Shown piece by piece: positions 11,819 to 25,419 of a DNA stretch of 64,000 nucleotides. Positions within the stretch are counted from its first letter, which is position 1, and each line of letters begins with the position of its first letter. This DNA is from Dimorphilus gyrociliatus (taxonomy: Eukaryota; Animalia; Annelida). Where the stretch lies: the NCBI GenBank assembly GCA_904063045.1, contig CAJFCJ010000003.1, forward strand, positions 2,404,504-2,468,503. Reading direction: 5' to 3'. The notes under the pieces are model-generated. The model saw nothing but the letters and a program-made list of their open reading frames with translations. It searched no databases and was not told the DNA's origin. The position numbers were made by a program, and so were the translations under genes.

Positions 11819-13593
11819 TCTGGTGGTTTGTATTCCCTTTCAATGAGTAACAATCAATATACGATTCGAATACAAAACCCCTTTTGCAGCGAATTTTTGG
11901 CGCCATATTGCATCTTTTCAATTTTAGAATTCGTCAATTAAGTCAATTAAATTGGATTGTAATTGCAGTAAATTTATCACATCTAGTTTTATAGCTGTAA
12001 CGACTCTCTTGAAAAGCATATTTACGCGTGGAAAATACTACTTTCGTTGATTAAAGCATTGAGAGGCTATTCAATTTAAAAATGGTGTTAAGATTAATCA
12101 TAAAAAGCGTAATGTATTTGTAAAGCGTTGTAAAAACTACTATTATATATAAATACTATAAATTTCTTGTTAAAAAGAATTCATTGTATATGTTTTCCAA
12201 AAACGGCTTGTTTACATAGCACAGTCGTCTTTTGGACTCGTACTTTTAAGTAGTATTGTAGTTCTCTCAATATTTACCGTTCTTTATATTAATTCTATAG
12301 TAATTATTTCATTATAAGTATGACCAAAGTAGTAAATGAGCGTAGGGTATTATTAATTAGTTAATAATAAAAAGTCCAATGGAAATATGACTAAACTTAC
12401 GAATTAAAGACTTCCTGTCCAAAAAAACAAAAAGTAATTGATTATATCTTGGTTCGAATTTCTATTGTTACTTCGGTGAATTGATTAAGATAACAGACGT
12501 AAATGTTTTCCATTTTTAGTAAATCTTAATCAATCTCTGCTATTGGCTATGTTATGTACTGAATTCCAATGGAAATAGCATATATATTATTTATAGTATT
12601 TACTTAATCTCTTATTTCTTTCATAAGTATCTATAATGATATGATAAATCTTTATGAGAGTTGTTGAGAGCAAAGATATTGATAAAAATTCAAATTCAAG
12701 CTGAAAATGTACAAAAGTGATAAAACTAGATAAACAAAAAGAGATATCTCTTTTCATTCGCTATCGAGAATAGTAACTTATTCAATTATGATATCTATTT
12801 CAATATAAACTAACATAATATATTATTTACTTAATTTAATTAACATTATTAATCTATTTTATCCGTTTTGCTTCAATTGCGAATGTACTTATTTCTGTTA
12901 GTATTTTGAAGAATTTTGATCTTTTTCGATATTTTCGTTTTTTAATATTTTCTCTCTTGATTCCTCTAAAGTATAACTATATAGAAATAACCTCAATAGC
13001 TTCGAGTTAACCTTTTACAAAAGAGAGAACAATCTATTTCCAAATATCAAATAATATTCAAAAAGTTCTTTTCTTATTAGTGCTAATTATTTTTTATTAA
13101 AGAGAATTATATGGAATATACTTAGTATAGATTAAAATGCTGTTATATACATGTATATATAAATCTTAGAAATCTAGAAATATATTACATAATGGACTAA
13201 TTATGCTCTAAGGGAATATTTATATTAGAGTATAAAAATAGAGGTTACTTTGAAATAACCTTGAACTGAATATCTATGTATAAATTATTCTTTATAATAT
13301 ATATAGAGAGAATATAACAATTAGTTTTTAGAACATGGCAAATGTTCTCATTTAACGTATTGCCTTTCCCTTTTTGAAATTATGCCGACAACTCAAAGAT
13401 ACATAATTGATGGCAGCTTTACATTTAATTCTGTTTTCTCTTGGTAAAGAAACCTATTCAACGAGGAGAACATTAATGGCTATTATAAAATCGTCAGTTT
13501 TTTTTTATTGGATAGTGTTTTATCTTTATTTATTCAATTATTAAAATTAGTAGATAAAAGGAGAGTGAACACTACATCACGTTTACCATCACA

Positions 13594-15392
13594 TTATGAC
13601 AAGTTCAATATTTCAATAGAGCAGAGAAAAAATGATTTGGCTAATATTGTAAATGTTTGTGTCTTAGCATTATTATCTGCACAATTACACAATGACTCGT
13701 ATTTGTTCATTTTTGGAGTCACGGTACTCGTTTTGTTTCCTGCATCTAAATTTAAAAGTGTGCTTGCTGTCGTAGACTCTTCAACTTTTGTTGTGTAACA
13801 ACCACTACAGTTCTTTTTTTTTGTCTTTTGAGGATATTTAGGCAATGCAATACTTACACTTTCATCTGTTCCTAAATGATATCCTTCAAAAAGTATTTTA
13901 AATTTACTTCTGTCGACTCCAATTGCATAAGTCATTTGTTTGTTTATAAATTGACACATAGAGGTATTTGAAGAACATGGCGTTGTAAGCGCAAAAGCTG
14001 CTGGACCTAGAATATCTATATCATGTATTTTTAATACTTTTCCATTGCTAGAGGTATCCTCTGAAGCTTCCAAAATTACTATTTTTTCTTGTTGATATTC
14101 TGGTAAATGGTAAAATTTCCTTTCTGCAAATATATCCGAACCGAAGGTGATAGTACTTTCATAATTACCGACTGTAATCTTGATACTCTGTTGAAAAGCA
14201 GTTATGGCAACAGCAAAAATAGGATAAGAATATGCTAGTTTATCGTATACTGAACGGGAACCGAAACAAGCTGAGGGGGAAGAGAAGAACCTTCACCTTT
14301 CAACCGATCTTCACAAGGCGTAGCCAAAAAAGTACATTTGGTTGCAGTGTTTTCAGTAAAATCAGTAAAATTGGAATATACTGTTTCATATTGAAGCGCT
14401 GCTGATGTAGGCTGATACGCTTTAAAACTAACTTCTAAAAAACCTACCTTGCTCGCTCCTGGGCGAACTGTAGGTTGCTTTAGTGTGACAGTGTTGGTAA
14501 ATTCTGCGCTATCTAGAACTTTTTCATTCCAACCATTGGCATTTGTGACATGAAGATCGTAAGTAGAACCATCAGCAACCTGTAATAGCCATTGAGTGGC
14601 GTCATTTTCAGAACCTGCGTTTTTTGGTTTTATTCTTACAGCTTTTAAAATCAGAGTATGTCTAAACTGTACTTTATACCATGCTGAATTCTTCGAAACA
14701 TCCCAGTTGCTATAATAGTTTTGGTAGCTATTTTCAGGTGGATTGTAAATCTTATTTTCCAGTTTTGTTATAGTGTCCATTGCCTTAAAGCAATTTCTCG
14801 CTGGATTAGATCCAGAAGGATCATCACTGGACACACAGCTCGATATATATGCCAGATTATCAATGTAGAGTTGAGCGACCATTTTTTTACCGGAGTAATG
14901 TTTTTTCCTATAAAATATGAGCTTAACAAGTCCTGGTCTTTTATTATTTTCGTTGCTGAAAATTCCTAATTCTAAATTTTTAAATTCACGATCTAAAACA
15001 GGGATGAAACAAGGTCTTCCAACGTTATTCTGCGTATTGCTTATCACTCGCAAATCGTTTTGGCCAGGGTATCTAAAATCCATGAATGTGTGATAATTTC
15101 TCGAATGTAAAACAGCATGAGTAAAGCGAGATTGCTCCTTAAAGTTAATAATGAGTCTAATATAATGCCAGGAATTATAGTTCATAACAGGATGTGGAAT
15201 AAAATTGTTGGCGTATGGAATCATATTAACTTTGCAATCGTAATCTCCATAGTCTGCAATACATGATGAAACTTCGGCATGTGTATAAACGTCCATCTTG
15301 GCGACTGCAATATTATGACCAGCCCAGGCGAAAAATTTGTTGAAAGGAAGAAAAATTATTGCAATAAACTTTATTCCCGACAAAGTTTTCAT
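13594..15392 (-). CDS. Secreted, probably GPI-anchored protein with three divergent discoidin/galactose-binding-like (F5/8C-type) repeats and a Ser/Thr stalk; frame break near 14270-14335
   Basis: ATG 15392 starts a signal-peptide-like MKTLSGIKFIAIIFLPFNKFFAWA. Frame 1 is open to 14235. Frame 2 is open from about 14290 to stop 13594, well upstream of the ORF-track start at 14073. Repeats contain SSC..., WYKVQFRHTLILKAVRI-type strands and LAYSYPIFAVAI. C-terminus is S/T-rich followed by a hydrophobic tail. Domain identity is by eye only. Confidence 0.6.
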
Positions 15393-15713
15393 CTTCGGTA
15401 AAGCAAAGTTTTGTATTCCGTTGGAAACCAAGAATCAACTGTTTGCTTCGAGAATCGACTAGCTATATGAGACGGATAATCTAGACGCCTTGAAATGAAT
15501 ATCAATAAACCGACCGGGTACCTTCAAGCTTCTATTGTTAAGCAAAAATTGAACTGCAAAAATATTCATAGTGTTAACATCGATTTGCTTACAATTATGC
15601 AAACAAATGCCAAATGTACGGGTCAATTATTCGAACATTGCTATATTGTGAAATTTATTTAAATATTCCGCCTTTAATGAAGTTTAAAAACTGGTAAATT
15701 TTGAATAGCGATA

Positions 15714-16174
15714 ATGAATGAAGAAGCACTCTTAGCCATTAAAGAGATATCCTATGCTGTCAATTTTGTAGAGTTATCATCTAAGTTAGAGAATTCTGCG
15801 AACCAAGCCTTTATAAATATTCGAATTAAAGAAAATAAAGACTTAACAGTTGAGTTAACTCAAAGCGGCTTTCGAGTAAGTAAATTTTCGTGCGATCTTC
15901 TTATTTCGTTTACTTTTGCGTTGTCTAAAAGTACCAAAGAGATGAACAATATAATTTATTCTAAGAAATAAACAATGAAATTTAAATGAAACTTTCAAAT
16001 GATTTTCAGATTGTTGCCGAAAAGTTTGATAGCAATACAATAGTTGACGGAACGTATTATACAACAATAAACGCTCTCTTAGATGCGAATTCCGTTGCCT
16101 ATAGAAACGACTTCGCGGCCGCTTTAAATTCGAAACTGACTGAACTAGCAGCTAAAAATAAAGACTCCAGTTAA
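15714..16174 (+). CDS. GSKIP: GSK3-beta interaction protein (DUF727), about 108 aa
   Basis: join(15714..15875,16010..16174), phase 0, GT-AG. EA..AIKEISYAV, AFINIRIKENK...VELTQSGFR and Y.TINALLD..S.AYR..F..AL..KL follow the GSKIP pattern. Confidence 0.9.
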
Positions 16175-16183
16175 AAATATATA

Positions 16184-16471
16184 TCAAAGCAAAATGCTTG
16201 TACAAATAGGTTGAAAGTAATACAAGTAAATCTGAAAAACAGCAGTATTAACAATCGGCATTGAAATCACCAAGGCAGCCAATGCATACGCCTTAGGCCA
16301 ATAATCCATTGGCAAATACGAAGATCCTGTATAATCCTTTGGCACTATATCGCCATTTGTATTTGTCAAACTGTAAATTTCATTGGTAACGCCAATTTTT
16401 TCTTCTAATCGATCTAGACGTGGTAAGTAGGCCTGCGTAATAGCTTTGTAAACGTTTAATTTAGACGCCAC
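16184..16471 (-). CDS. Orphan terminal-exon-like ORF (95 codons) with a C-terminal hydrophobic segment; upstream exons not found
   Basis: Begins right after a TTCTAG acceptor (AG 16473-16472) and is open to TGA 16184. Sequence is protein-like (YLPRLDRLEEKIG..YLPMDYWPK). All three plus-strand frames are closed. No ATG at the 5' end and no family recognised. Confidence 0.35.
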   Translation of the reverse strand: MASKLNVYKAITQAYLPRLDRLEEKIGVTNEIYSLTNTNGDIVPKDYTGSSYLPMDYWPKAYALAALVISMPIVNTAVFQIYLYYFQPICTSILL

Positions 16472-18635
16472 CTAGAATTTTAACGATCTAATACTCTCGT
16501 TTTGAGAGCACTTCCTTTATTAGTAAATTAGCAAGTGAATTATCTGCTGATCATGTTTCGAAGGATGTAAGTTTTTTTGTTATTGTTAATAAATAAATAC
16601 AAATTGTAATAAGTGTTTATCATAGTATATCTTGTACTATAACTCCTAAAGGAAGAGCAGATCAGTTTGTTTATGCTATAAAATTTAATAAAAGTGTATA
16701 ACTTAGATTATAAAGAATAAAATAAAATTATTGATTAAGACTCTGTCTTTATTTACCTTAAATCTTGTATGTTAAAGTTAAGCATTAATTTATATTGAAA
16801 TTTCTCTGATTAACGCTTTTTATCATCTGATAAATAATTCAAGTCGTCAATGAAGTTCCATGATTATTATTATTTCTTGTTAGAATCAATTATATCTTAT
16901 TATATATGTTCAATTAACAAAAAACGTTAACTTTTTTGCAACATTTACACTCTAAAACAGTAAATGATTATTTAATTTGTATAGGAATTACGAATAAAAA
17001 ACTTTCAGGTATCTAAGATTATGTTAAGATTACGGATTAACTATTTCATTATTGTAACATTAAATTAAATACTTATTGTAAGGCCAGCTTAAATATGACA
17101 GACTTTTTTCAGTATGTAGATCATCTAATTAATGAGAATAGAAACTACCAATAATTAATCGATGAGATTTAGAATACTCCTCCGTTTAGGAAATAATGAA
17201 ATATAAATGAATAAAACGAATTCATTATATCTATCATCCTTTGTCTTAATTTTTTTAGACGAATATAATGACTATTGTTTTCAATTGTCTTTATGTTTTA
17301 TACATTTTGAAACATTCTATATTAATAATATTCAATTCTCTCGTCTTTTTATAGTCTTTACTGTTATTATTAGGACTTTTTTGTCGTTATGATTATTACA
17401 AAAAGACTTTCCATACGATCTTTTACGCCGAAGAATGTCTCTTTTTTAAGTAGTATTGCCATTTTTTTTCATAGAGATTAACTGAATGGTTTTAGATAAA
17501 CTAAGTGATATAAAGCCAATCTTTGGAGAAGTTTTTTTTTAGAGATTTGAATTGCCTATTGATAAGGAATTATGAAGATTTTTAAGGTGATCTACATCAT
17601 TAATATAAAATCAACATAGCTGATATCAATTTTACATATACAATTAATTGTTTTCTTTTGGATAAAATGATAGATTATCGATCTAAGCAAACTCTTATTT
17701 TAGGAACAAATAGAAAAAGTGAAAACAGAAGCCTATCCCATACTTGTTTAATCGTTCTAGACGCCATCTGCAATCTATTACAGCAAACTTTATTACTCAT
17801 AATCGTGAAAGAGTATATTAGAAGTATCATCCTATCTTTATAGAAAAAAGGTGCCCTAATAATAAAAAAGAGAGAACTTATTCTAAATTAAGTGATAAAA
17901 ATAATAAATTTTGATAAACACCTAATTTTTAATTAAAGCAAATTTGTAACAATGATAGCGTTGGCGCTAGGGCATTTAGAGTTAATTATCGTTCTAAAAT
18001 CATTCAAGTTTAACGCCACCTATTTATTTAACGATCTAATGATTTTCTTTTCATATGGTACATGGAGACGCTACCATATACTGCTATATTCACAATTAAA
18101 TTTTGTTATTATATCACCTTCTAATCATGCATACTGGAACGTAAGTTTATCTTTTAAAATGAAAGTTTTGTCTTAAATATTTGAAAAGAAAACAATTATA
18201 AATTCATAGATATTCGTTTTGTATGCTCTTTAAAGAAACTGATATATTTTAATAGAAATATATATCTATATATATTCTTTATATATAAATATATATTATA
18301 TTTTATATTTAGATATTAATATATATATATAAGTAATTATTTTTTATGTTAAACATGAAGATAATTTGTATTACAACCAGAAGTGTTTTATCAACATACA
18401 ATCAGTACAAATCAAAGCTCTTATCGGTTAGGAAATTATAAAACTAGTTGGCGTGTTGCAAAGCCATATCGGAGTTTGGTAGTTGAATAAGTATAGAAAA
18501 AAACCATATAGAATGAATACAGAAAATCGATCAACGACGCTGCGCCAATAATTGATGATGCCGTCGTGCTTAATTGCCAGTCGGTCAGGTAATACGTGCG
18601 AATTTAGTTGATATTTTAAACCTTTGACAAACAAG

Positions 18636-21600
18636 ATGGATAATTCGCCGATAAGTCTGTCACTCTCTCGGAGAACTTCAGTTAATATTCAGAGTAGAAA
18701 AGAGTCAAGGTATTCCTCATTTTTAAAAGAACATTTACAAAGAAAATAATCGAACTTTACTTAAATGAATAATTCGTCTAACTCTTGATTTAGCTCATCT
18801 TTTAAGTATAAATGCTAAATAGATAAGATGCATAAGATATTTTATGTCAACAAGTTATGTTTGTATTAAGCAGAAATGTTACATTAAGTTGGTCATACTT
18901 AAATATTTAGAATTATCAATCAATTATCCTGATTTAGTGACCAAAGCAAACAACTGGGTAATTGTTGACTAGTTCATGTAAGATTACCTTAGGGAGAAAA
19001 AATGGATTATTCGCATCGAATTTTTTTACTTGTTTTTTATCCCTTCTATATCTCAGCCTCTGTCTATATACATACCAAATGTAAATTTATTCGTATTTAG
19101 AGAGAATATGTTTTTATATATTTACGCTTTTTTTTATTTGATTCTTAAAGAAAAGACGTCTCTTTTTATGAAGTAAAAATGATACAGAAATATTGATATC
19201 TCAAGTTTCGTTGTTTTGATAACCAATATAGTATCAAAATCTTAAAGTAAAGGACTATAAGATAACAAGTTTATTTTCTGTGCTTTTAAGATTAAAAAGT
19301 GAAAACTACATTTTAACTTCGCTATATATTCACTTAAAGAGGAGGAGAAAAATAGGTATTGTAGTAATAAATAATTTCTTATTTAACGTCTCTAAGCATT
19401 TACATTGTTAATGTGTAGATTAGTTTCTAAAATAGGTTTTAAGCTTGCTATATACATTTTTATAAAGATCGACGAATGAACAAATAAAAAATCTAATTAA
19501 CAACTTTCTAATTAATCTGTTTCTTTCTCTCTTTTTTTTTAAATATAAATATTAATTATTCAAAAGAACGGTATGTCTTTCTATTTGAATATATATTTGT
19601 TTGTCGACGTCAGTAAAAATGACTGAACAGGGAAAAAAAAGTCTCAATATTGAGTTGCTCTACTATTTCCAAATAATTGTATAGTTTTATACTTTAACTA
19701 TATATACTGTATTATATATACATTTTTTGTCTATATATATATTTATCCTTAGAACATATATATATATATATATATACTGTATATACTGTATGTACTGTAT
19801 ATATGTACCATATAACAATGCTTTATTAAAATACGATTAATTTTATCATTTCAAACCATAGCTTTTTAAAGCCAAGTTTTACATTCTAAGAGAACAACGC
19901 AATAATGCCAATCAATTCTTCTAGAGCCCTTTAAAAAAAATTATAGTATAGTCGACTGGACCGTTTAAAATAAATAGAAAAGAGATTTTATAAAAAATTG
20001 AGTGAGTTGGAATCTCTGTCTTTCAAAAAATGGATAGGCCTAAAAATTGTTCTCTTAATCTTTATTGATTAGTTTTGTTTTCACACGTTTCCCATAAAAA
20101 ATGTGTTTATAAAACTTTTCAAATAAAAGGGAAAATTTGTATATTTAATTATTTTTTACTATATAATATAAATAGTTTTATTATATTTTACAATCTTAAT
20201 CGTAATCAATTCCATTCCTTGAGCCTTGAACAATGGATTTTATGAGTGGGTAAGTTTTTAACCTAAAAGTCATTGAGAACCGACCTGAATGAATTTTTAA
20301 GAGCTTGAATTTATTCCGGAAACAATAGAAAGCAATAGAAAACAATACAAACATTTTGACTGGTTTTTAGAGGTGGTGATAAGGCTTTTCTTTCTTTTAA
20401 ATATTAATATACTCAATTTTGTTCTTCTTGAAAGAATACTGTCAATGAATTTCCTATATAAAACAATTCATTTCCGCTTTTCAGAGCACAACAGACGGTC
20501 AACGCTCAGCGCTTTTTAGCTGTTCCCGTTCAAAACGTTCAACACTTGACAGAAGTTGGGGAAATGAATGAATTGGATGAGCAGGGTTGGGCTCCTATCC
20601 ATCATGCTGCTTTTCGGGGCTTTATTAAGTCCGTTGAAAGATTTGTGAAAGCATCTGATGATCAATTAGAGCTAGAAACTGGTGATGAATTACATTCAAC
20701 GCCTTTACTGCTTGCAGTAAAAGGGGATAATTTGCAGACGATTGAATGGCTTGTCGATTTTGGTGCAAAAATCGATGTCATCGATAGGTATGTTCAAAGT
20801 AGAAATTCCTATAATCAGTTCAAATATTCAACCTTGAATAGTCATTAAAAGTAATTAAACTTCAGACACAATCATGGTGTAATAGAAGTTTGCGCTTTAA
20901 ATGGCCATAAAGGCATTTTCGAGTTTTTCGCTTCCAAGAATAATCCTAAGTTACCTAGTTGGAAAAAATTAGTACAATTTTTGGACAGTTCAACCGATGA
21001 AGATGTTACTGCTGCAGCTAAATTATGTCACGTCTTACTTCATGACAATGAAAAATATTTATACGAAAGCTTCACGAATGGGATTGTTCCAACAATAGTT
21101 AGAGTTATTAAATCTGGGGTTGGTGACGAATCAAAAGTTAATACTTTTGAGACACTTTTGGATATTTCATCGAATGATCAAGTTAGAGAACAGTTCGTCT
21201 CTTGCGGCGGTATGGCAGCATGTGTAAGATTGTTAAAGGTTTGTCTACAACTATTGTTCAAGTCTCAATTATTCATTTTAAACGATTAACTATTCAGGTA
21301 ACACCGGAGACGACTTGTTTAGATACGGTTAAGTTAGCAGCCATGTCTGTTAAATCAATCTGCGAAGATCCTAAACATACAGGTGCCGCTGTTCAAGCCG
21401 GTTTCCTTCCGGCTATTGTAAAAGTCCTTCAATCGAATATCAGGGAGACTGACGTTCTTGCCGAAGCTATTTTGAGCTTGGCAAATGTCGTTGCTGGTAA
21501 CGATGCACACAGAACAGCATTTAATACCACTCCTAATGGCATACAATCACTTGTCGAATTGTTTCAAGGAGCTAGCGATAAAGCTCTATTACTTGCTCTC

Positions 21601-24334
21601 ACAAAATGTGTCGCCAGTGCAGCAAAATTACATGATGAAAACCAGAGGGCGCTTGTCGACGGAGGAGTAGCTGCACATGTTTCAACTTTGACCAAAACAC
21701 GACACGCAGATTTGCAATTAAGTGCAGTGAAAGCTATACATCGTTTAGCAGAAGAGAACCCGGTTACCCAGAAAGCTATATTACCTACTGTTAATCTTCC
21801 ACTTATGCAAATGTTGAAAAAATCTAGATCACCAATTCTCCAAGAAGAAACGGCTGTTGCCTTGTGGGCACTAGCCAGTGGGGATCATAGGGAAAGGAGA
21901 AACATGGCAACTGACATGGGTGTTTCATTATTTATAGAATTCTTGAGTAGTTTATCCGAAAATTTACACTACATAGGTTCAGAAGGTTTAGGGGTTTTGG
22001 CTCAAGGACCAAAATCTGAACAAACAGCCATTGGCCGAGTAAATGGTTTAAACCTATTGGTTAGTAATTTTATTTTAAACAATTTCACATAAGACCTTGA
22101 AAAATACAAACATTGGATAAATTTAGAAGATAAGGTAATTAATCAATGAAAAATAGACAGAGTTAAATTCCAAATTTTAAATTTGCACTTTGAAATCGTT
22201 AGGAAAAAAGTGTTTACCATTAATTTTAAACAATCTTATTCTATTAGGTGTAAGTTTAGAAGAGTAGGCCTATATTTTCAATAGCGAAGGTCAGCAGGAG
22301 ATCAATAAACAGGCAAAATTATTAAAATAGAAAATTGACCATTGTATTAAATATTATCCATTTAGTTGTTAAAATATGATTAATATCAATTTAGATAATA
22401 TTTTTAAATATAAAACTAAAGAAAGCATCAATTGGTAACATTTGTGAAAAAATCTTTTTTCTTATATCGAATTATTCAAATTAAAACAATTATTGAATAT
22501 AAAAATTAGTCATATTCATAAGTTTTAGTTTATATTAATCACTCTTTATGAGCTGATGATATAAACTGCGTATAGTTTATATATTCATTGTAATAATGAT
22601 TCATCTATAAATACTATGAAAGAGTCTAGCTGTTTTGAAAATATAGCTCTTTTTATAGAATTAAAATGAATAGCTTGGGTTCATTTCATTTGAACAGCAA
22701 AATAACAACATTTTTTTTTAGGCCAAGTTTTGTAATAAGTTTGACAATTTAAACTGATTCACTAAAGTATAAATTACAAGTCAAACTCTATTTTTTTTAT
22801 TAAGAACATAGAGATATAGAATTTCACAATATCTAAGTAAATATAGTAGATTAAAGGATCTTTTGATAACTATAACTAATATGAATGGTTAAAACTTAAG
22901 CCAGAGTACATCCAATGTTCAATTGACAAATAATTATCAATTTATCACTAAATATTTTCTTTTTGATTTATTGATCTAAATTTTTAGGTTCGGCTACTTC
23001 GTTCTGACAAGGAACATATTGTACTCAGCGCAATTCGAACTCTGCGACATTTATGCGTTGGAGTGGCTTTCGTACCCCATAAACAAAATCAAATCAAAGT
23101 ATCACAATCGAGGGGCATACGTTATCTCATTGCCTTAATGGTTCATTCAAAAAATGAGGTTATACAAGTTGAAGCTGCTCATGCTTTGGCAGGGGTAGCT
23201 TTAGGAAATAACGAACTTCTAGATGAGATTCGATCCAATCCAGATTTCAGCTATGTTAGAATCTTGAAAATGATGTACTCGCATGAGGAAATTGTCAGGC
23301 TATTGGCGGGGAATACTCTAGCGACATTCTCTTTCAATAATATTACTCAACAAAGGGCAATTGCTGAAGATGGTGGCGTTAGATTTGCTTGCTTTGTGCC
23401 GTTTTTAGAGTCTTCAGATGAATTTTACAGATGTAATGCCGCCTTCCAAATAGTAGTCTTAGCTAGAATTATACCAGATGAGGAGCAAGCCCTCTCATCA
23501 GCTGCCGGCATAAAATTAATAACTGATCTTATAAATGAATCAAAAAGTGACCTAATTCAAGCACTAGCCGCTGATTGTGTAGCAAGATTGTCTCATACAA
23601 GAGCTGGCATACCAGATGCATTCGTTTCAATAGACACTGTGTTATCGCTTTGTGAACTTTTAAAATCCGAAACCGATCAGGTTGATATGAATGATATGTG
23701 TTAAACGGAAATACCTATAATTTTCTTTTGCTTTTACAGGTAAAAGGAAGTGCTGCTATTGCATTAGGCTATCTCTCCTTCAATCACACTGGTAGACGAC
23801 AATTATTAAATGCTTGCCGCAAAGAACCATATTCATTCAAAGTTATTTTTTGGTACACTCGGCATACAAATGCCAAATTAGCTCCAGCCTTTTTAGAAGC
23901 ATGGGACCATTTTCGCCGAATTGGTTTACCTCCAATACAGTAAGCTTTTTCTCTGCTGGTAGGCCTAAACGATGCTCTAAATAACAGCTAGAAAACAAAA
24001 TATGCAACTATTCAGAAATTATAGGCTTTTCATCAAAAAAAATATTTCATAACAATATATATATTTATATAAAACGAGTCTTCTTTTCTTATTTCTCTTT
24101 AGAAAAGGACAAGCGCTGGTAACAAAGAGAATGTCGGAAAGTATCGATTTTGGAACAAGTCCTAGAGATAGCCAACAGACCCTAACAGATCACACGGGAG
24201 AATCATCCATCCAGCCAACATCTGAGTCAAATACTGGTCAAATGAGTAATTATTCCGCTTCCAATCAAAGTTCTAGAAGGGTATCGGTGTCTGTTCAAGA
24301 AACTTTGCCCCAGATTGTTGCCAATTCTCAATAA
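18636..24334 (+). CDS. Ankyrin- and armadillo-repeat protein (ANKAR-like), about 878 aa
   Basis: join(18636..18709,20485..20787,20866..21238,21298..22059,22988..23680,23740..23939,24103..24334) = 2637 nt; all phases match and all introns are GT-AG. Ankyrin repeats (GWAPIHHAAFRG, STPLLLAVKGDN) are followed by many ARM repeats (GGMAACVRLL, AVALWALA, AAHALAGVALGN). Exon 1 is inferred from ATG context and a matching phase-2 donor. Confidence 0.85.
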
Positions 24335-24849
24335 AAGAGAATTTTCTTGAACAAGAACAGTATTAAAAAATATATTCAATATAAATCCATTGAAAATTTT
24401 GCCAAATATGGTTTTTCTTTAATATAACTGTACCTCTTTCGCCATATACATCTTAACTTATTATTATTTATAATCTATGCTTGCCTTACTTCGAATAAAC
24501 GATATAGTAAATTAGCAAACAAATTTCAATTCAAGTTCTATTGAAGCAAGTGGAAAAAATAAATTTATTATGACTATAAATGTTGATACAAAGCTATGAC
24601 CGAAATGTATAATATTGTAGGCCCACACATATATTTTTCACAATCTGGGAGGCTAAACAGAAACAAATAAAATTTACTGTTAACACTAGAAAACTTGAGT
24701 AAACTGTACCAAATATTGGCGAAGTTCAGGGAAACAAACACTATTCATAGATAGGACAGTTAAAAGTATGTCAATTACATAGTAATTTGATGAGGGATAT
24801 ATAGAATATGTCGTTTAATGACGACGAGGATTACGTTCTTCACTAATCT

Positions 24850-25419
24850 CTAGCATATATGCATCTCTACGAAATTTTCACGATTCTTGAAGATTTCTCC
24901 CCAAACGTTATCTTCAACTTTAGCCCTTTTGTCTTCTGTTTGAGTTGTAGCTGACATTGTTCTCTTCCTTTAAAGAAAAGTAGAATGCAGAATTAACACA
25001 AAGAACGTACACACAATAACCAGTCTTTTGACATATGTTCTTACCTTGGAGATTTTGGTTGCCCCTTGGCTTCCTTTCCGTGTTCTGTAACTTCAACGGG
25101 AACCATTTCCATTTGTTTTGAAAATCGCTTTAAGAACCACAATACTTGCTTCTGGAATTCCTTCTCTTTGGTCGTCTGTCGACCTCGTTGAAATTTCTTA
25201 TAAAAATTCTTACAATTGCAGATTTTACCATTGAACGAACTGAAAAATTAGTGTTATGATTGCTTACTGAATAGATTTTAGAAATTATTTGTATTTATAT
25301 GCTTGAAATGCTTACCAGTGAGTTCAGTTTGATGCGTTGTCGCTGAGTGAGGCCAATATTGTTTGGCCACGTGAAGCGTGCGTGCCTATTAACATATTTT
25401 AAAAAAAATTCGTTCGCAT
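24850..25419 (-). CDS. Orphan spliced gene, at least 3 exons, missed by the ORF track; 5' end unresolved
   Basis: Exons 24850..24967, 25045..25196 and 25316..25419. Two strong donors (AG/GTAAGA at 25044, TG/GTAAGC at 25315) with matching phases give (D)ANEFFLKYVNRHARFTWPNNIGLTQRQRIKLNSL-KFQRGRQTTKEKEFQKQVLWFLKRFSKQMEMVPVEVTEHGKEAKGQPKSPR-KRTMSATTQTEDKRAKVEDNVWGEIFKNRENFVEMHIC*. No family recognised. Confidence 0.55.

Noticed and set aside
12451-12460. GGTTCGAAT resembling a tRNA T-loop/B-box
   Set aside because: No cloverleaf stems or A-box in the flanks.
18428-18800. Minus-strand frame that looks like a stop-interrupted pseudogene (EEYLDSFLL*ILTEVLRESDRLIGEL...)
   Set aside because: It is antisense to the inferred first exon and GC-richer promoter of the ANKAR-like gene, which has a phase-matched donor; no family similarity.
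25240-25395. Selenoprotein hypothesis: ATG 25395 frame gives ...ASN-UGA-THC (UxxC-like) if acceptor 25241 is used
   Set aside because: No SECIS-like element (RUGA..AA..GA kink-turn) was recognisable downstream of 24850, the product resembles no selenoprotein family I know, and an alternative open splice model exists. SECISearch would settle it.
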